Notes: generated from the sequence alone by a model not told the origin. DNA of 64,000 bases from Eledone cirrhosa (GCA_964016885.1 OZ024757.1:3658001-3722000); one strand, 5' to 3'. Numbered from the stretch's first letter, positions 26,758 to 43,311 are shown. Made by a program: numbers and translations.

Positions 26758-26808
<51 letters not shown>

Positions 26809-27166
26809 CTCTATAAACTTAATGATGTAGAAAAGTGTGAAGTAGAGATTATTTACTTTAACTTTTAGTCTGTGGTAATAAACTAATTCACTAACAGTTT
26901 GACACATGCACATACATACACACAGACACAAATACACATATACACACACACACATATACACACACATGCACACATACATACACACATATACACACACATA
27001 CACACATACACACACATACACATACATACACACACATACACAGATACACACACATGCATACACACACATACATACACGCATACACACGCACACACATACA
27101 TACATACACACACATATATGTATATATACATATATATACATATATATATATGTATATATATATTCA

Positions 27167-27202
<36 letters not shown>

Positions 27203-27210
27203 TATAAATG

Positions 27211-27266
<56 letters not shown>

Positions 27267-27358
27267 ACAAAGGAATTGTGGTAAGGCACCAGATGGACCA
27301 TAACGCACCAGAGTACTTAATACTTAGGGTAGTAGAGTGGGAAATAGGAAAAAGTATG

Positions 27359-27455
27359 ACCCCGACGGCAGAGTTCAAGCCGTTTCGACGGCTATTTCTG
27401 GACTAAATTAGAATTGTTAGCCTGGTGAATAAATAGCCGAACTTTTCAAGGGGGT
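27359..27455 (-). ncRNA. Hammerhead ribozyme, U3-A8 core variant (TTGAAAA)
   Basis: ACCCCC-TTGAAAA-GTTCGGCTATTT..AAATAGCCGTC-GAAACGGC..GCCGTC-GGGGT. Confidence 0.65.
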
Positions 27456-29009
27456 ACTTCCTTATATGGGAAGATTGTAGTTGTCAAGAGGATTGGTTAA
27501 AATTTGTTGTAAACACAAATAAGTCTATCATGGCATTTGGTTGGAGGTAGGGGTGGCTGAACTTGCCTGTATAACAATAGGGGAGTGAGTGGAGCGGTCA
27601 AGCGTTGAAAGTGATATGTATACAGCAGATTCTAAGGATAGCGTATGAAGTGGAGGAGGGTGGTTATAGAATAGGTAAATCGAATGAGAGTAGGAGACAA
27701 TAAAAGATAATAGAAAGAAATAAAAAAATATATAAAATTAGATAGTGAGAAAAGAATAAAAATAATTACAATGCTATCTTACAATTACAGGTTAATAAGT
27801 TGAGAATAGAAAAAACTTGTAGAAATTGAATTATACCAGAACTGATACAGAATTAAAGGGGTTTAACACGTCTGCTATAAGTAGTTAGTAAAATGTATTC
27901 GGCCAATTCTATCTTAAAATTAAAGGGGTGGGGGAACTGATGCTACAGAAGCCCGATGAGCTGCATTGGGGTAGGCGAAGAGGAAAAGCAGACGAGGAAG
28001 AAAATAGGGGGTGGAAGGAAGTGATAGGATGAGACAGGGAAAAGAAGAAGACAAAGAAGAAAAGAAAAGAAAAGAGATTCATCTACCTAAGTAAGCTGGG
28101 TTTCCCCTAACTTATTCGGCAAGTAGGGGGGTATCAGCCCTGTCTATCCACCCGGGTCGTTATGGGGTTTAAGGGCGAGGTAAGTCCTACGCAATCTGTG
28201 TTTGCATGCTATTACCAGTTCGTCTTTCTTGTTTAGGAGTTGGTCCTTCGAAAACAGCATTTGTAATGTTTCCTCCGAGCATAAGTTACACGGACGGCGT
28301 CCTCCTGTGTAAGAGTTAGCTTTGGACAGTAAGCTCCAAGTGAGATTTACGTTATATTATTATCTTGGAGGTCCCAGAAGTGGCCCGAAAGTGTAGTGGC
28401 ATGTCGCCGGACCGGGTTTCGGAAAGTATGTCGGTTTTGGTAGAGCCGGGTCTTGAAGTCACACGCGGTTAATCCTATATAAGCTTTGTTGGAGGTGTCC
28501 GTCCTCACCTTGCACTGGTAGATCACGGTACGTTCTCAGCATTTGTTGTTGAGGGGGCACGTAGATTTATCCGGACAGTTACACCTCCTGGTCTGCTCTC
28601 CACTGATGCCTAGGTTATTTCTTCCATAGGGGTTGAGTTTTTTATGTTTGAGGAGACGATGTTTTGTGCGAAGTTAGGTGTGGTGCTGTAGGAGAGTTTG
28701 ATGATGTTTTTGTTGATTATGTTGTGGTAGCGGTGTTGTAATGGGAAGTGTGTTTTGAGGAGTCTAAAGAAGATTTTCCCGATAGGTGTTTCCACCTCGG
28801 CATTGTGGGGAGGATTGAACCACGTTTCGTTGCGTGAGCGGCGGTGTCGCCTGCTGGATCCGCTAAGGGAAGCTGGATAAAAGGATATTTCCTCCCGGAA
28901 GCCACTCTGCTTGAGGGCCTGGTTGTAAAGGCGCGTGTTCGTCGAATATTTGCTCAAACAAATTTTAACCAATCCTCTGGACAACTACAATCTTCCCATA
29001 TAAGGAATT

Positions 29010-29106
29010 ACCCCCTTGAAAAGTTCGGGTATTTATTCACCAGGCTAAAAATTCTAATTCAGTCCAGAAATAGCCGTTGAAACGGCTTGAGCTCTGCCGT
29101 CGGGGT
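29010..29106 (+). ncRNA. Hammerhead ribozyme, U3-A8 core variant
   Basis: Inverted copy of 27359-27455. Confidence 0.62.
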
Positions 29107-29116
29107 CATACTTTTT

Positions 29117-29191
<75 letters not shown>

Positions 29192-29379
29192 ATATATATA
29201 TACATATATAAATACATGTAAATATTCATTCATTCATACACACATACATACATATATGTATACACACAATAACGTACAATAAATGCTATAATTGTTTGTA
29301 TCGATATAGCTTTGGTTTAATAAATCGATATTAATCAATAATAATTTCCAATAAAAAGGAAATGACCGTCATTGAACTG

Positions 29380-29640
29380 CGGTGGTAGTGTGGTTGTGGT
29401 GGTTGTGGTCGTGGTGGTGGTGGTGGTGGTGGTGGTGGTGGTGGTGGTGGTGGTGGTAGTGTGGTGGTAGTGTGGTGGTGGTGTGGTGGTGGTAGTGTGG
29501 TGGTGTTGTTGTTGTTGGTGGTGGTGGTGGTAGTGTGGTGGTGGTGTGGTGGTGGTTGTTTTGGTGGTGGTAATGTGGTGCTGATGGTGGTGGTGGTGGT
29601 GGTAGTAGTAGTGGTGGTGGTGATGATGGTGGTGGTGTTA
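29380..29640. repeat. (GGT)n microsatellite
   Basis: Direct inspection. Confidence 0.93.
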
Positions 29641-30144
29641 GTTATTGTATATTGGTCCTATTATTCTATAATAGGACCAATATACAATCCATAGCTGTAT
29701 CTTATTATAAACACTCACTCAAATAAAATATAACCAATGTAATGGAAAAGATAACAATAATAATTATACTCTCAACACATACACATTTGAACATTATAGA
29801 AACAATTATCACACTACATCCACCATAAACTCATAATTTTAATACACAAACACCTTTGCCTGCTTGATATGCTTGTAAACCTATGTTATTTTATGTGATA
29901 CCTTTGTCATGCAGTAATTATATATGCCTAGTACCATTGCTTGTTTCCTACCTAGCTGTCCTGCATATGCCTAACGCATTTGCACTCTCTATACTACTTT
30001 AATTATTATACAATTTTCTTGTAATCTCTGCCACATCCATTCCACTCTGTAAATACGAAACTGTTCATGATAATATTAATATCTAAGTATCTATATGATT
30101 GTTCAGTTGAATAGGAAGTTAATTATATGTCCAAACTTTGCTAG

Positions 30145-30191
30145 TGCTCCGATGATCCCAAACGAAAATTTGGAAGAAACGATTGTCAGCA
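30145..30191 (+). ncRNA. Hammerhead ribozyme, C4 core variant (CCGATGA)
   Basis: TGCT-CCGATGA-TCCCAAA..TTTGGAA-GAAAC-GATT-GTC-AGCA; related motif at 43159-43202. Confidence 0.6.
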
Positions 30192-30358
30192 ATAAAATGA
30201 TTTGAACATAGTTTTGATTATTGTGTAATTTATATTCCTGCTCTGTAAAACATCTCATGTATTTACATTGAGCTATTTTTCTCACTGGTAATAAGGTAGT
30301 AATAAATTACTGACCTTTCCTGTTTATAATTGTATATAGTGTATATATAAGTATAAAT

Positions 30359-30418
<60 letters not shown>

Positions 30419-30467
30419 CATACATATATATATATATATACACATACATATATATATACACACATAC

Positions 30468-30509
<42 letters not shown>

Positions 30510-30523
30510 TATATATATAATGT

Positions 30524-32480
<1,957 letters not shown>

Positions 32481-32714
32481 TCCTATGTATGTGTGTATGT
32501 ATGTTATTCTGGTTTTATAATTTCACAAAGTTTTACCAATAGAGAGAGAGTCGGTTTCTAACATAGACACAAGACTCTCTCATTGGAATTTACACAACAT
32601 CAACTAGATAGATATGTATGCATGTATGTGTAGATATGGATGTTATTGTATGTGTGGATGTGTATGTTTTGAGTTGTATGTGTGCATGTGTATATGCAAA
32701 CACAAAAACCTTAC

Positions 32715-33652
32715 AAACTCCCAACATCACAACCTCACAACCTGCCAACCTCACAACTTCACAACCTCACAAACTTCCAACCTCCCAACCTCCCAACCTC
32801 GCAACCACACAACCACACAAACTCCCAACCTCACAACTTCACAACCACACAACCACACAACCTCACAACCTCGCAACCTGACAACCACACAACCTCGCAA
32901 CTTCACAACCTCCCAACCACACAACCTCACAACCACACAACCTCACAACCTCCCAACCTCACAACCACAGAACCTCCCAACCTCACAACCACAGAACCTC
33001 TCAACCTCACAAACCCCCAACCTCACAACCTCCCAACCTCACAACCACAGAACCGCCCAACCTCACAAACTCCCAACCTCACAACCACACAACCTCACAA
33101 ACTTCCAACCTCCCAACCTCCCAACCTCGCAACCACACAACCACACAAACTCCCAACCTCACAACTTCACAACCACACAACCACACAACCTCACAACCTC
33201 GCAACCTCACAACCACACAACCTCGCAACCAAACAACCTCACAACCTCCCAACCTCACAACCACAGAACCTCTCAACCTCAGAAACTCCCAACCTCACAA
33301 CCACACAACCTCACAACCTCCCAGCCTCCCCAAATCACTCACAACCTCTCAACCTCACAACCTCCCAACCACACAACCTCACAACCTCACAACCTCACAA
33401 CCTCCCAACCACACAACCACCCAACCTCCCAATCTCACAACTTCACAACCTCACAAACTCTCAACCTCACAACCTCCCAAACAGACAACCTCACAACCTC
33501 GCAACCTCACAACCACACAACCTCCCAACTTCACAACCTTCCAACTTCACAACCTCACTACCTCGCAACCACATAACCTCACAAACTCCCAACCTCACAA
33601 CCTCGCAACCTCACAACCTCACAACCTCCCAACCTCACAACTTCACAACCAC
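32715..33652. repeat. 8-bp-unit minisatellite (CCTCACAA/CCACACAA)n
   Basis: Direct inspection; TTSQPHN ORFs are artefacts. Confidence 0.95.
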
Positions 33653-34490
33653 ATTCATAATAGATATGAATGTAGATTATGTTCCCAGGAACTTTTTGAA
33701 ATAATGAAATCTAAGGATATCCTATTAAATAAACGACAGGAATTAATTATATCATGTAATCATAAACTGAGAAGAACTTTTAAATAATATAAACCTAATT
33801 AATATACACTTTAGAAATTATTATAATAACACTTTTTTAAAATTAGTTAACCTATAATTAATATTCTACTACTAATGAACTGCATAATTTTATTTCCCTT
33901 TTACAGCTCTTTTCCTAAAATTTATACCAATAAGTATACATATAAACTATTTTAATTTCAGGTTATGATTCTATATTCCTTATAATCTATATAAATTTGT
34001 TATTACTCACTAATAAATCCCCCCCCCCCCCCAATAATAATAATTATTATTTTTACCAACCAGTAACATGTAAATAAATAAATAAATAAACAAATAGATA
34101 AATGAACATAAACACACACAGACACCCGGATGTGGCGCATGCGCAGACTGAGCACACAACACACACACAGAAACAAAATGGCGTAGGACAGAACAAAGGA
34201 GAGGCACAGAAACAAAGAAAGGAATCCCCAGTCACTGAAGAGGTCACAGAGTGTGTGATGGAAGGACTATGACTATATATAAACAACTATCTGGTTGTGG
34301 AACCAACCAACCAACCAGAAATTTATAAATTTATAAATTTGTAAATTTATAAACGTATAATAAATTGAAGTGAAAGCAACTGGTGCGTGTGTTTCTTATT
34401 GGCAACATGACCCTCCCAAAGTATAACAATATCGGTTTCAACACACGATTTCAGATAAAGAATCTTGCTAAACAAATTCAGAAACGAACG

Positions 34491-34583
<93 letters not shown>

Positions 34584-34696
34584 CACACACATATATACAC
34601 ACATATATATATACATATACATATATATATACACATATATATATATACATATACATATATATATATATGTATATGTATGTGTATGTATGTATATGC

Positions 34697-34728
<32 letters not shown>

Positions 34729-35544
34729 GCATAAACATACATATACATACATATACATACATATACATATATACATATATATATATACACACACACATAT
34801 ATATATACATATATATATACATATATACATATATATATACATATATATACATATATATATGTATATATGTATATATGATGGCTGCCCCCTCGTTATCGAG
34901 TATGGCCATTGCACGAGAAAAAAAATGTATATATATACACACACATACATACACACATACACACATACATACACACACATATACGTACACATATATTAAT
35001 AACAATAATAATAATAATAACAACAATAATAATAACGACAACAACAACAATAATAATATACATATACATATATATACACACACACACACACACATAAACA
35101 TATCTATACACACACACACACACACGATAACAACTAACAGCGCTGCGACCGAATGTGGCTTTTTAGCCCAGCCAATGATCTAAAATGTCTTGCACAGAGT
35201 CGGCAACCAAAACATTCACTGGGAATAGTCGGCTGTGGTTGGAGTTTGTGTACTTTTGCATGTCGTTTGAGTCTTCCTGCTGATTTACATTCTCTACCAC
35301 ATGTTTGGCAAGCATGATGAGTAGCATCTCCAACAGCAGCCTATATACATATATATATACATACATATATATGTGTATATATATATGTACATATACATAT
35401 ACGTATATATACATACATATATATACATATATTTATATACATATATATATACATATACACACATATATACATATATATATATATATATATGCATATATAA
35501 ACATATACACACATACAAACAATTGTATATATATATATATATAT

Positions 35545-36945
35545 AAAACAAAGGATTTGTGGTAAGGAACCAGATAGACCATAACCCACCAGAGTACTCA
35601 ATACTTAGGGTAGTAGAGCGGGAAATAGGAAACATCCATACTTAGGGTAGTAGAGTGGGAAATAGGAAAAAGTATGCCCCCAACGGCAGAGCTCAAGCCG
35701 TTTCGACGGCTATTTCTGGACTAAATTTGAATGTTTAGCCTCGTGAATAAATAGCCGAACTTGTCAACGGGGTACTTCCTTATATGGGAAGATTGTAGTT
35801 GCCAAGAGGATTGGTTAAAATTTGTTGTAAACACAAATAAGTCTATCATAGCATTTGGTTGGAGGTGGTAGGGGTGGCTGAACTTGCCTGTAGAACAATA
35901 GGGGAGTGAGTGTGGTGGTCAAGCATTGAAAGTGATATGTATACAGCAGATGTATACAGAAAAAGAGGAAAAGAAAAGAGATACATCTACCTATGAAAGC
36001 TGGGGTTTCCTCTAACTTATTCGGCAAGTAGGGGGGGTATCAGCCCTTGTCTAACCACCCGGGTCGTTATTGGGTTAGAGGGCGAGGTAAGTCCTACGTA
36101 ATCTGTGTTTGCATGCGGTTACCAGTTCGTCGACCCGGGTGGGTAGACAAGGGCTGATACCCACACTTGCCGAATAAGTTAGGGGAAACCCCAGCTTACA
36201 TAGGTAGATGTATCTCTTTTCTTTTCCTCTTTGTCTTCTTCTTCCCCCTGTCTCATCCTATCACTTCCTTCCACACCCTATTTTCTTCCTTGTCTGCTTT
36301 TCCCCCTTTCGCCTACCCCGATGCAGCCCTTCGGGCCTCTGTAGCATCAGTTCCCCCACCCATGTAATTTAAAGATAGAATTGGCCGAATACGTTTTACT
36401 AACTACATATAGCAGATGTGTTAAAACCCCTTTAATTTTGTATCAGTTTTGTTACTACTCATTCTACAAGTTTTTTCTATTCTCAACTTATTAACCTGTA
36501 ATTGTAAGATAGCATTGTGATTTTTCTATTCATTTCTCACTATCTAATTTTATATTTTTTTATTTTTTTATTTTTTATTTCTATTATCTTTTATTGTCTC
36601 CTACTCTCATTCGATTTACCTATTCTATAACCTCCCTCCTCCACTTCATACACTATCCTTAGAATCTGCTGTATACATATCACCTTCAACGCTTGACCGC
36701 TCTACTCACTCCCCTATTGTACTACAGGCAAGATCAGCCACCCCTACCTCCCACCAAATGCCATGATAGACTTATTTGTGTTTACAACAGATTTTAACCA
36801 TTCCTCTTGACAGCTACAATCTTCCCATATAAGGAAGTACCCTCTTGACAAGTTCGGCTATTTATTCACCAGGCTAAAAATTCTAATTTAGTGCAGAAAT
36901 AGCCGTCGAAACGGCTTGGGCTCTGCCGTCGGGGTCATACTTTTT

Positions 36946-36950
<5 letters not shown>
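35545..36950. mobile_element. Essentially non-coding fold-back of the 27255-29120 PLE 3' region, with HHRs at 35677-35773 (-) and 36839-36935 (+)
   Basis: Left arm matches 27265-28220 with a deletion; right arm from ~36133 is the reverse complement; TTGACAA cores. Confidence 0.85.
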
Positions 36951-36989
<39 letters not shown>

Positions 36990-37195
36990 ATTATTATATT
37001 GAGCTAAACAACCCGGGATGTGCAAACCACACTGTGGTAGCGTGGGATGCAGATAAAATGAAGCACTCAACAACATATATAAAGGTACACCATTATATTG
37101 TATTAATTAGATCGAAGGTCATATGTATAAAACTAAATACAACTGCATATAGCCTTCGATCTATTTAAAACTACATCTACTACTCTCTCCCCCCC

Positions 37196-37346
<151 letters not shown>

Positions 37347-37352
37347 ATATTA

Positions 37353-37739
37353 TCTTCTATATATATAAAAGCGAGGATGTGTATTTGTCTGTGTACAACT
37401 TTGGATACCTAAGGCTTTTACAATTACCAACCGAATTTGACCAAATTTTCTGTGCACGTTGCACATTTCGCTAAGATGGCCACATCACAAAAACTTTTCA
37501 AATAGACCCACGTTGAGCCATACAAAATCGATATCAAAATTATCGGTAGCAAAATTGATGTAAGGGAGATAACCAACTTTATTGACAATCCTTATTAAAA
37601 AAAAGGGAGATAACCAACTTTATTGACAGAAATATAAACATCAGATACATTTGACGATAAATCACTAATATTATCGTTTGTTTCTTGTTTATTCTTTGTT
37701 GCATTTCAAAACCCGGGCAACGCCGGGTAAATCTGCTAG
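37353..37739 (+). mobile_element. Non-autonomous Helitron
   Basis: A|TC 5' end, 3' hairpin CCCGGGCAACGCCGGG, CTAG|T 3' end, no TSD. Confidence 0.82.
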
Positions 37740-38069
37740 TATATACATAATTGATTTAGTTTGAAACTGGTTAAACTCAACAGTAATGAATTTGAATATA
37801 TAAACTTTTAACAAAGCAATAGTCATAGTTAACCATAGTAATTCAACTGTTTTAACTCTCTTAAAACCGTTTCATTGCATTGTTAAAACTTCATATATTC
37901 AAATTCATTTTAGGAAATCTTTAAATACAAATGACACCATCTTTTCAACAGTCAGCTCCAATTCACTCTAAGAAACACAACTAACACGATATTCTTCTGT
38001 CTACGATGTTTTTAAAACTATATTTCTAACTGCAATCGTCTATCTCAATATTTTATGAGTTATATATGT

Positions 38070-38515
38070 ACTAGACCTGAAAAATGCGCAAGCTCAAAAG
38101 AGCCACAGAATGTTATAATACATCTTCAAATGTGTGGGACTAGAGTTGTTGCTCAAAAATATTGTAATCATTATCTATCGTACACTCTGTGGCATCCTTT
38201 TATAAAAAAGAGACTCATAACGAACTCAAGACGACACAATAATTATTTAAGCTAATGTTCAATATTTCATATTATATGTTTAGTAATGATTAATACGAAA
38301 TGCACTTAAACCGAATTCTATATTATAAATTCACTTAAATAATTATCGTATCGTCGTGAGTTCGTTATGAGTCTCTTTTTTATAAAAGGATGCCAGAGAG
38401 TGTACCATAGATAATGATTACAATATTTTTGAGCAACAACACTAGTCACACACTTTTGAAGGTTTATTATAACATTCTGTGGCTCTTTTGAGCTTGCGCA
38501 TTTTTCAGGTTTAGT
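38070..38515. mobile_element. MITE-like element with ~180-bp imperfect terminal inverted repeats
   Basis: actagacctgaaaaatgcgcaagctcaaaagagcc... versus ...ggctcttttgagcttgcgcatttttcaggtttagt; ~80-bp spacer. Confidence 0.78.
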
Positions 38516-39080
38516 TTAATATTTTTTAAGGCAACGCTTGTAATAACTCTAGTTAAACATGATATATATTAATAATAAATTATCGTTGTAATGTAATTAG
38601 ATTATATAATTGTTATTTTATAAATGATCTTATAAGATAAATGATCTTATAAGATGTATAAAAATATTTTCAGACTTTTAATAGTTAATATAAATTTAAA
38701 AAATCATATATAAATTAACAATATAACTTACTAAAACGAGAAAAATATTTTGATGATAAACGACGAAATAATGGAGGAAGATTCGAAAGCGAAACGATAA
38801 ATAAACGTGCAAACAAAGTGGCGGATGCTTTTGAGAAACAATTACTCTCGTTGGTTGATTAGCCAATAAGACGATGAAATTAGCCCATAAGACGATACAT
38901 TACAAAAGATGTTTGGGAGGGATCACCACGGCCAGCGATACCCCTTGAATTTTTTTATTCACAAGCTATGCATATATGTCAGACACGCAGACTTAAAACA
39001 TTCTGTTGTTAGTTACTGCGTGTCTAACAGATTATCTGTTCTATTATTAGTCCTGAGTGATTGTATTGGTATTCTAATTA

Positions 39081-39183
39081 AACTCTGATGATACCCACGA
39101 TTTATACTCACTAATGGCAAATTGTTAAATAAAATGATTTACTATATGCACCATATCACCGTGGGAAGAAACAATTGTCAGTT
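39081..39183 (+). ncRNA. Hammerhead ribozyme with long stem II insert
   Basis: AACT-CTGATGA-TACCCACG..CGTGGGAA-GAAAC-AATT-GTC-AGTT. Confidence 0.62.
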
Positions 39184-39217
39184 ATTAAACGCTTTAAATT
39201 CTTAAATTCTTTTGTTT

Positions 39218-40237
39218 GTGGACTGAAGTAACGTGAAATAAAGTGTCTTGCTCAAGGATACAGTGGACTGGAGCAACGGGAAGTAAAGTGTCTTGTTCAA
39301 GGACACAGTTGACTGGAGTAACGGGAAGTAAAATGTCTTGCTCAAGGAGACAGTGGACTGGAGCAACGGGAAGTAAAGTGTCTTTTTCAAGGACACAGTG
39401 GACTGGAGCAATGTGAAATAAAGTGGCTTGCTCAAGGACACAGTGGACTGGAGCAACGGGAAGTAAAGTGTCTTGTTCAAGGACACAGTAGACAGGAGCA
39501 ACGGGAAATAAAGTGTCTTGTTCAAGGACACAGTGGAGTGGAGCAATGTAAAATAAAGTGTCTTGCTCAAGGATACAGTGGACTGGAGTAATGTGAAATA
39601 AAGTGTCTTGCTCAAGGACACAGTGGACTGGAGCAATGTAAAATAAAGTGTCTTGCTCAAGGACGCAGTGGACTGGAGTACTGTGAAATAAAGTGTCTTG
39701 CTCAAGGACACAGTGGACTGGAGAAATGTGAAATAAGTGTCTTGCTCAAGGACAGAGTGGACTGGAGCAATGGACACAGTGGACTGGAGCAACGTGAAAT
39801 AAAGTGTCTTGCTCAAGAACACAATGGACTGGAGTAACGTGAAATAAAGTGTCTTGCTCAAGGACACAGTGGACTGGACCAACGTGAAATAAAGTGTCTT
39901 GCTCAAGGACACAGTGGACTGGACCAACGTGAAATAAAGTGTCTTGCTCAAGGACACAGTGGACTGGACCAACGTGAAATAAAGTGTCTTGCTCAAGGAC
40001 ACAGTGGACTGGAGTAACGTGAAATAAAGTGTCTTGCTCAAGGACACAGTGGACTGGACCAACGTGAAATAAAGTGTCTTGCTCAAGGACACAGTGGACT
40101 GGAGCAATGTGAAATAAAGTGTCTTGCTCAAGGACACAGTAGACTGGAGCAACATGAAATAAAGTGTCTTGCTCAAGGACACAGTGGACTGGAGCAATCT
40201 GAAATAAAGTGTCTCGTTCAAGGACACAATGCTCCAG
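39218..40237. repeat. 45-bp minisatellite, ~22 units, derived from a SINE core-like segment
   Basis: Unit GAAATAAAGTGTCTTGCTCAAGGACACAGTGGACTGGAGCAACGT; 15-aa period in ORF 39202-40317. Confidence 0.9.
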
Positions 40238-40370
40238 CTGACCTGAGAAAGCGATGAGAGAGATAACATTGAGTCAGGTACTTTCAGTACACTATAAAGA
40301 TCTGAATATGTCGTCATACTTCAATGGATGTGGTGAAAGATTTATTGTCAGAAACGAAGAAAGGAAACCA

Positions 40371-40450
40371 CTTTACCTGACGTCATGGGCCAGGTAGAGA
40401 CGTTAGATAAAGGAACTTACCTGAAAAAGAGAGAAAGAGAGAATTAGAAA
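40371..40450 (-). promoter_or_regulatory. Candidate 3' splice site fused to a 5' splice site (recursive-splice-like) with a 44-nt exon
   Basis: Minus strand: ttCTAATtctctctttctctctttttCAG|GTAAGT...TCAG|GTAAAG. Confidence 0.45.
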
Positions 40451-40516
40451 TATATTTAGTATAAATAGATATTATAGAAAATATATATAAAACCACATGA
40501 ACATACATACACATAT

Positions 40517-40571
<55 letters not shown>

Positions 40572-40655
40572 GTTAATCAGAAATAACGAAGCAAACGACA
40601 CAGTACAATGAAGAAATAGGATATTAGTTTTACGCTTGATATAATAGGAAAAGAG

Positions 40656-40690
40656 TTTTAACGTTTCAGGCACTTGTCCTTCATCAGAAA
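40656..40690 (-). ncRNA. Minimal hammerhead ribozyme
   Basis: TTT-CTGATGA-AGGACAAGTGCCT-GAAAC-GTTA-AAA. Confidence 0.6.
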
Positions 40691-41439
40691 AAAAGAATGT
40701 AGAAATTAAAGAAGAAATATTGAGGAGACGGGCAGTGGCAGAAACGAAAAAGATATTCTTAGAGAAAAACGTCTATTCAAGTTGTCATCTCATATATCTA
40801 TATATAAATCAATGAAAAAAGAGTTAATTGCTTTGTAAACAACTGATTCTTATATATAACAGACACCAAGCACTCAACGGTATAAAATTATCCGGAGTAT
40901 TATTATAATAATATTAATAATAAACGAAAGATATATACTTTATAACCTCTCTATTTCTTTTATTAAATAAATAGCGATAATATAAAGTATATATCTTTCG
41001 TTTATTACTATTGTGCATGTATATATGTATATATATATATAGGGAAATGTTTAACCCCGACGGCAGAGCTCAAGCCGTTTCGAGTCCAGAAATAGCCGTC
41101 GAAACTCTACTACCCTAAGTATTGAGTACTCTGGTGCGTTATGGTCCATCTGGTTCCTTACCACACCTCCTTCGTTATGTGTATATATATATATAACGAA
41201 GGAAATGTCTGTGTATATATGCATGTATATATATGTATGTATATATATGTATATATACACGCGCATGTGTGTTATATATATGTATATTACTGCAAATAAA
41301 TATATTACTGCTACATTGTTATAAAAATATAAAATATATATATATATATAATGTAGGAGGTGAGTTTTATTGTAGTACAATAAAGCAATGCAGATATCGG
41401 ATAAGAAGCACTCTACAGTTTGTAGGACTGGAGTATACA

Positions 41440-41905
<466 letters not shown>

Positions 41906-42115
41906 CACACAAAGAGAAGTACACAGAGATATGTGTTCAATTATATGTACTTTCTCTATACCATATGCTTCTTTTTTAGTTATCTGATAGATATTTAGAA
42001 GTGAAGACCGTATTGCTAGGGCACCCGCCGCTGAACTACATCTACAATATGGATTCTTCACTTTATATAGCGATTCTTTGCTTAAACTTTAATCTGTTCT
42101 AATAAATATATATAT

Positions 42116-42902
42116 GCCCCGCTGCAACACCTGTCCCCACATCACCAACACCACCACCTTCCAGGGTCCCGCTGCACCTCCTTCAATCATCCTCTTACGG
42201 CATCACCTATAGAACTCACCCACACACACACCCCAAAACATTTTTTGTCTCCCACACGCCACCTACACCCACAACACGCTTAAACCCCACACACACGTGC
42301 TTTCCACGACATATTTACACCCTCAGCCTCCTGATTCCTCTCTCCCCCCACCCCTCTATCCACACACGCACAGACACTCCGACCTACAACCCACCCACCC
42401 CCCACACACAAACACCTCTTCCTGAACATGCAACCCCGTTCTTCCCCCAACCCTTACTTTCACATACACACACACACACACGTACACCTACACACACACA
42501 CCACCTTCAGCCCTCCCCGCTGGGACACCTCGTCTCCCTCTCCCCACTCCACCCGCCACCACCCCTACACAACCCACACCCTTCCACCACCTGTTTTACC
42601 ACCTTTTTAATTTCAGTTTATTTTGATCATGCTTTTATATTTATTTTTATTTCATTCCTTTTATTTTGATCATGCTTTATTTTTATTTTTATTTTTAATT
42701 TCATTCGCACCGTTTCCTTTCGCTATATGTCTCTCCACCACTCCCCTACACACCCTTTGAACTCTGTTCCCACACACTTCTCACCTGAGGAAGGGCTTAT
42801 GCCCGAAACGTCGTTCCCCACCACCACCCCACTCTCCAGAGCGTGAAATTAATAAACATTCGTTGTACTGGCTCTCTGTTTTGTTCCTGTTCAAATTTTT
42901 CC

Positions 42903-42908
<6 letters not shown>
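42116..42908 (+). mobile_element. Deleted derivative of the Neptune-type PLE (short ORF piece + pLTR with HHR at 42782-42815)
   Basis: 42116-42180 matches ~11551-11650; remainder matches ~12710-13422. Confidence 0.87.
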
Positions 42909-42962
<54 letters not shown>

Positions 42963-43243
42963 TTTTTGCTTGTGCTTTTTACTTTTACTTATACCTATTA
43001 CACTTCCAACCAGTGCCGCCTGTAATTGTGTTATTTCAAGCGGAACATCTTTTTAACTCCTGACTTTCCACATGATGCCTTTGACACTAATAACAACTAT
43101 GTACCCTAAATGTTCTAAATGACTAGGATTCTAGTTACACGTTTTCGACATTCCTTATGCTCCGATGATGCAGACTTCCCTCTGGAAGAAACAATTGTCA
43201 GCTAATATATGTTCTAAACTAAAATTTGATCGTTTTAACACTT

Positions 43244-43311
<68 letters not shown>

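Larger units (their letters stand above)
27255..29120 (-). mobile_element. Naiad-type PLE 3' fragment bracketed by inverted pLTR segments
   Basis: WFNPPHN, KLSYSTTPN, CNCPDKSTCPLNNKC, AYIGLT on minus; 28955-29120 is reverse complement of ~27343-27510. Confidence 0.85.

Noticed and set aside
28535-28545. TGA next to the linker Cys as a second selenocysteine candidate
   Set aside because: All four Cys are present; the TGA falls at the following, usually Leu, position, consistent with decay
32614-33704. 320/340-aa mucin-like ORFs
   Set aside because: 8-bp minisatellite open in several frames; no splice or domain evidence
34230-34274. HHR-like CTGAAGA motif with stems I and II
   Set aside because: GAAA is altered to GAAG and stem III is not evident; at best a dead remnant
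39218-40237. Possible CRISPR array
   Set aside because: Head-to-tail units without unique spacers, no cas genes, eukaryotic context
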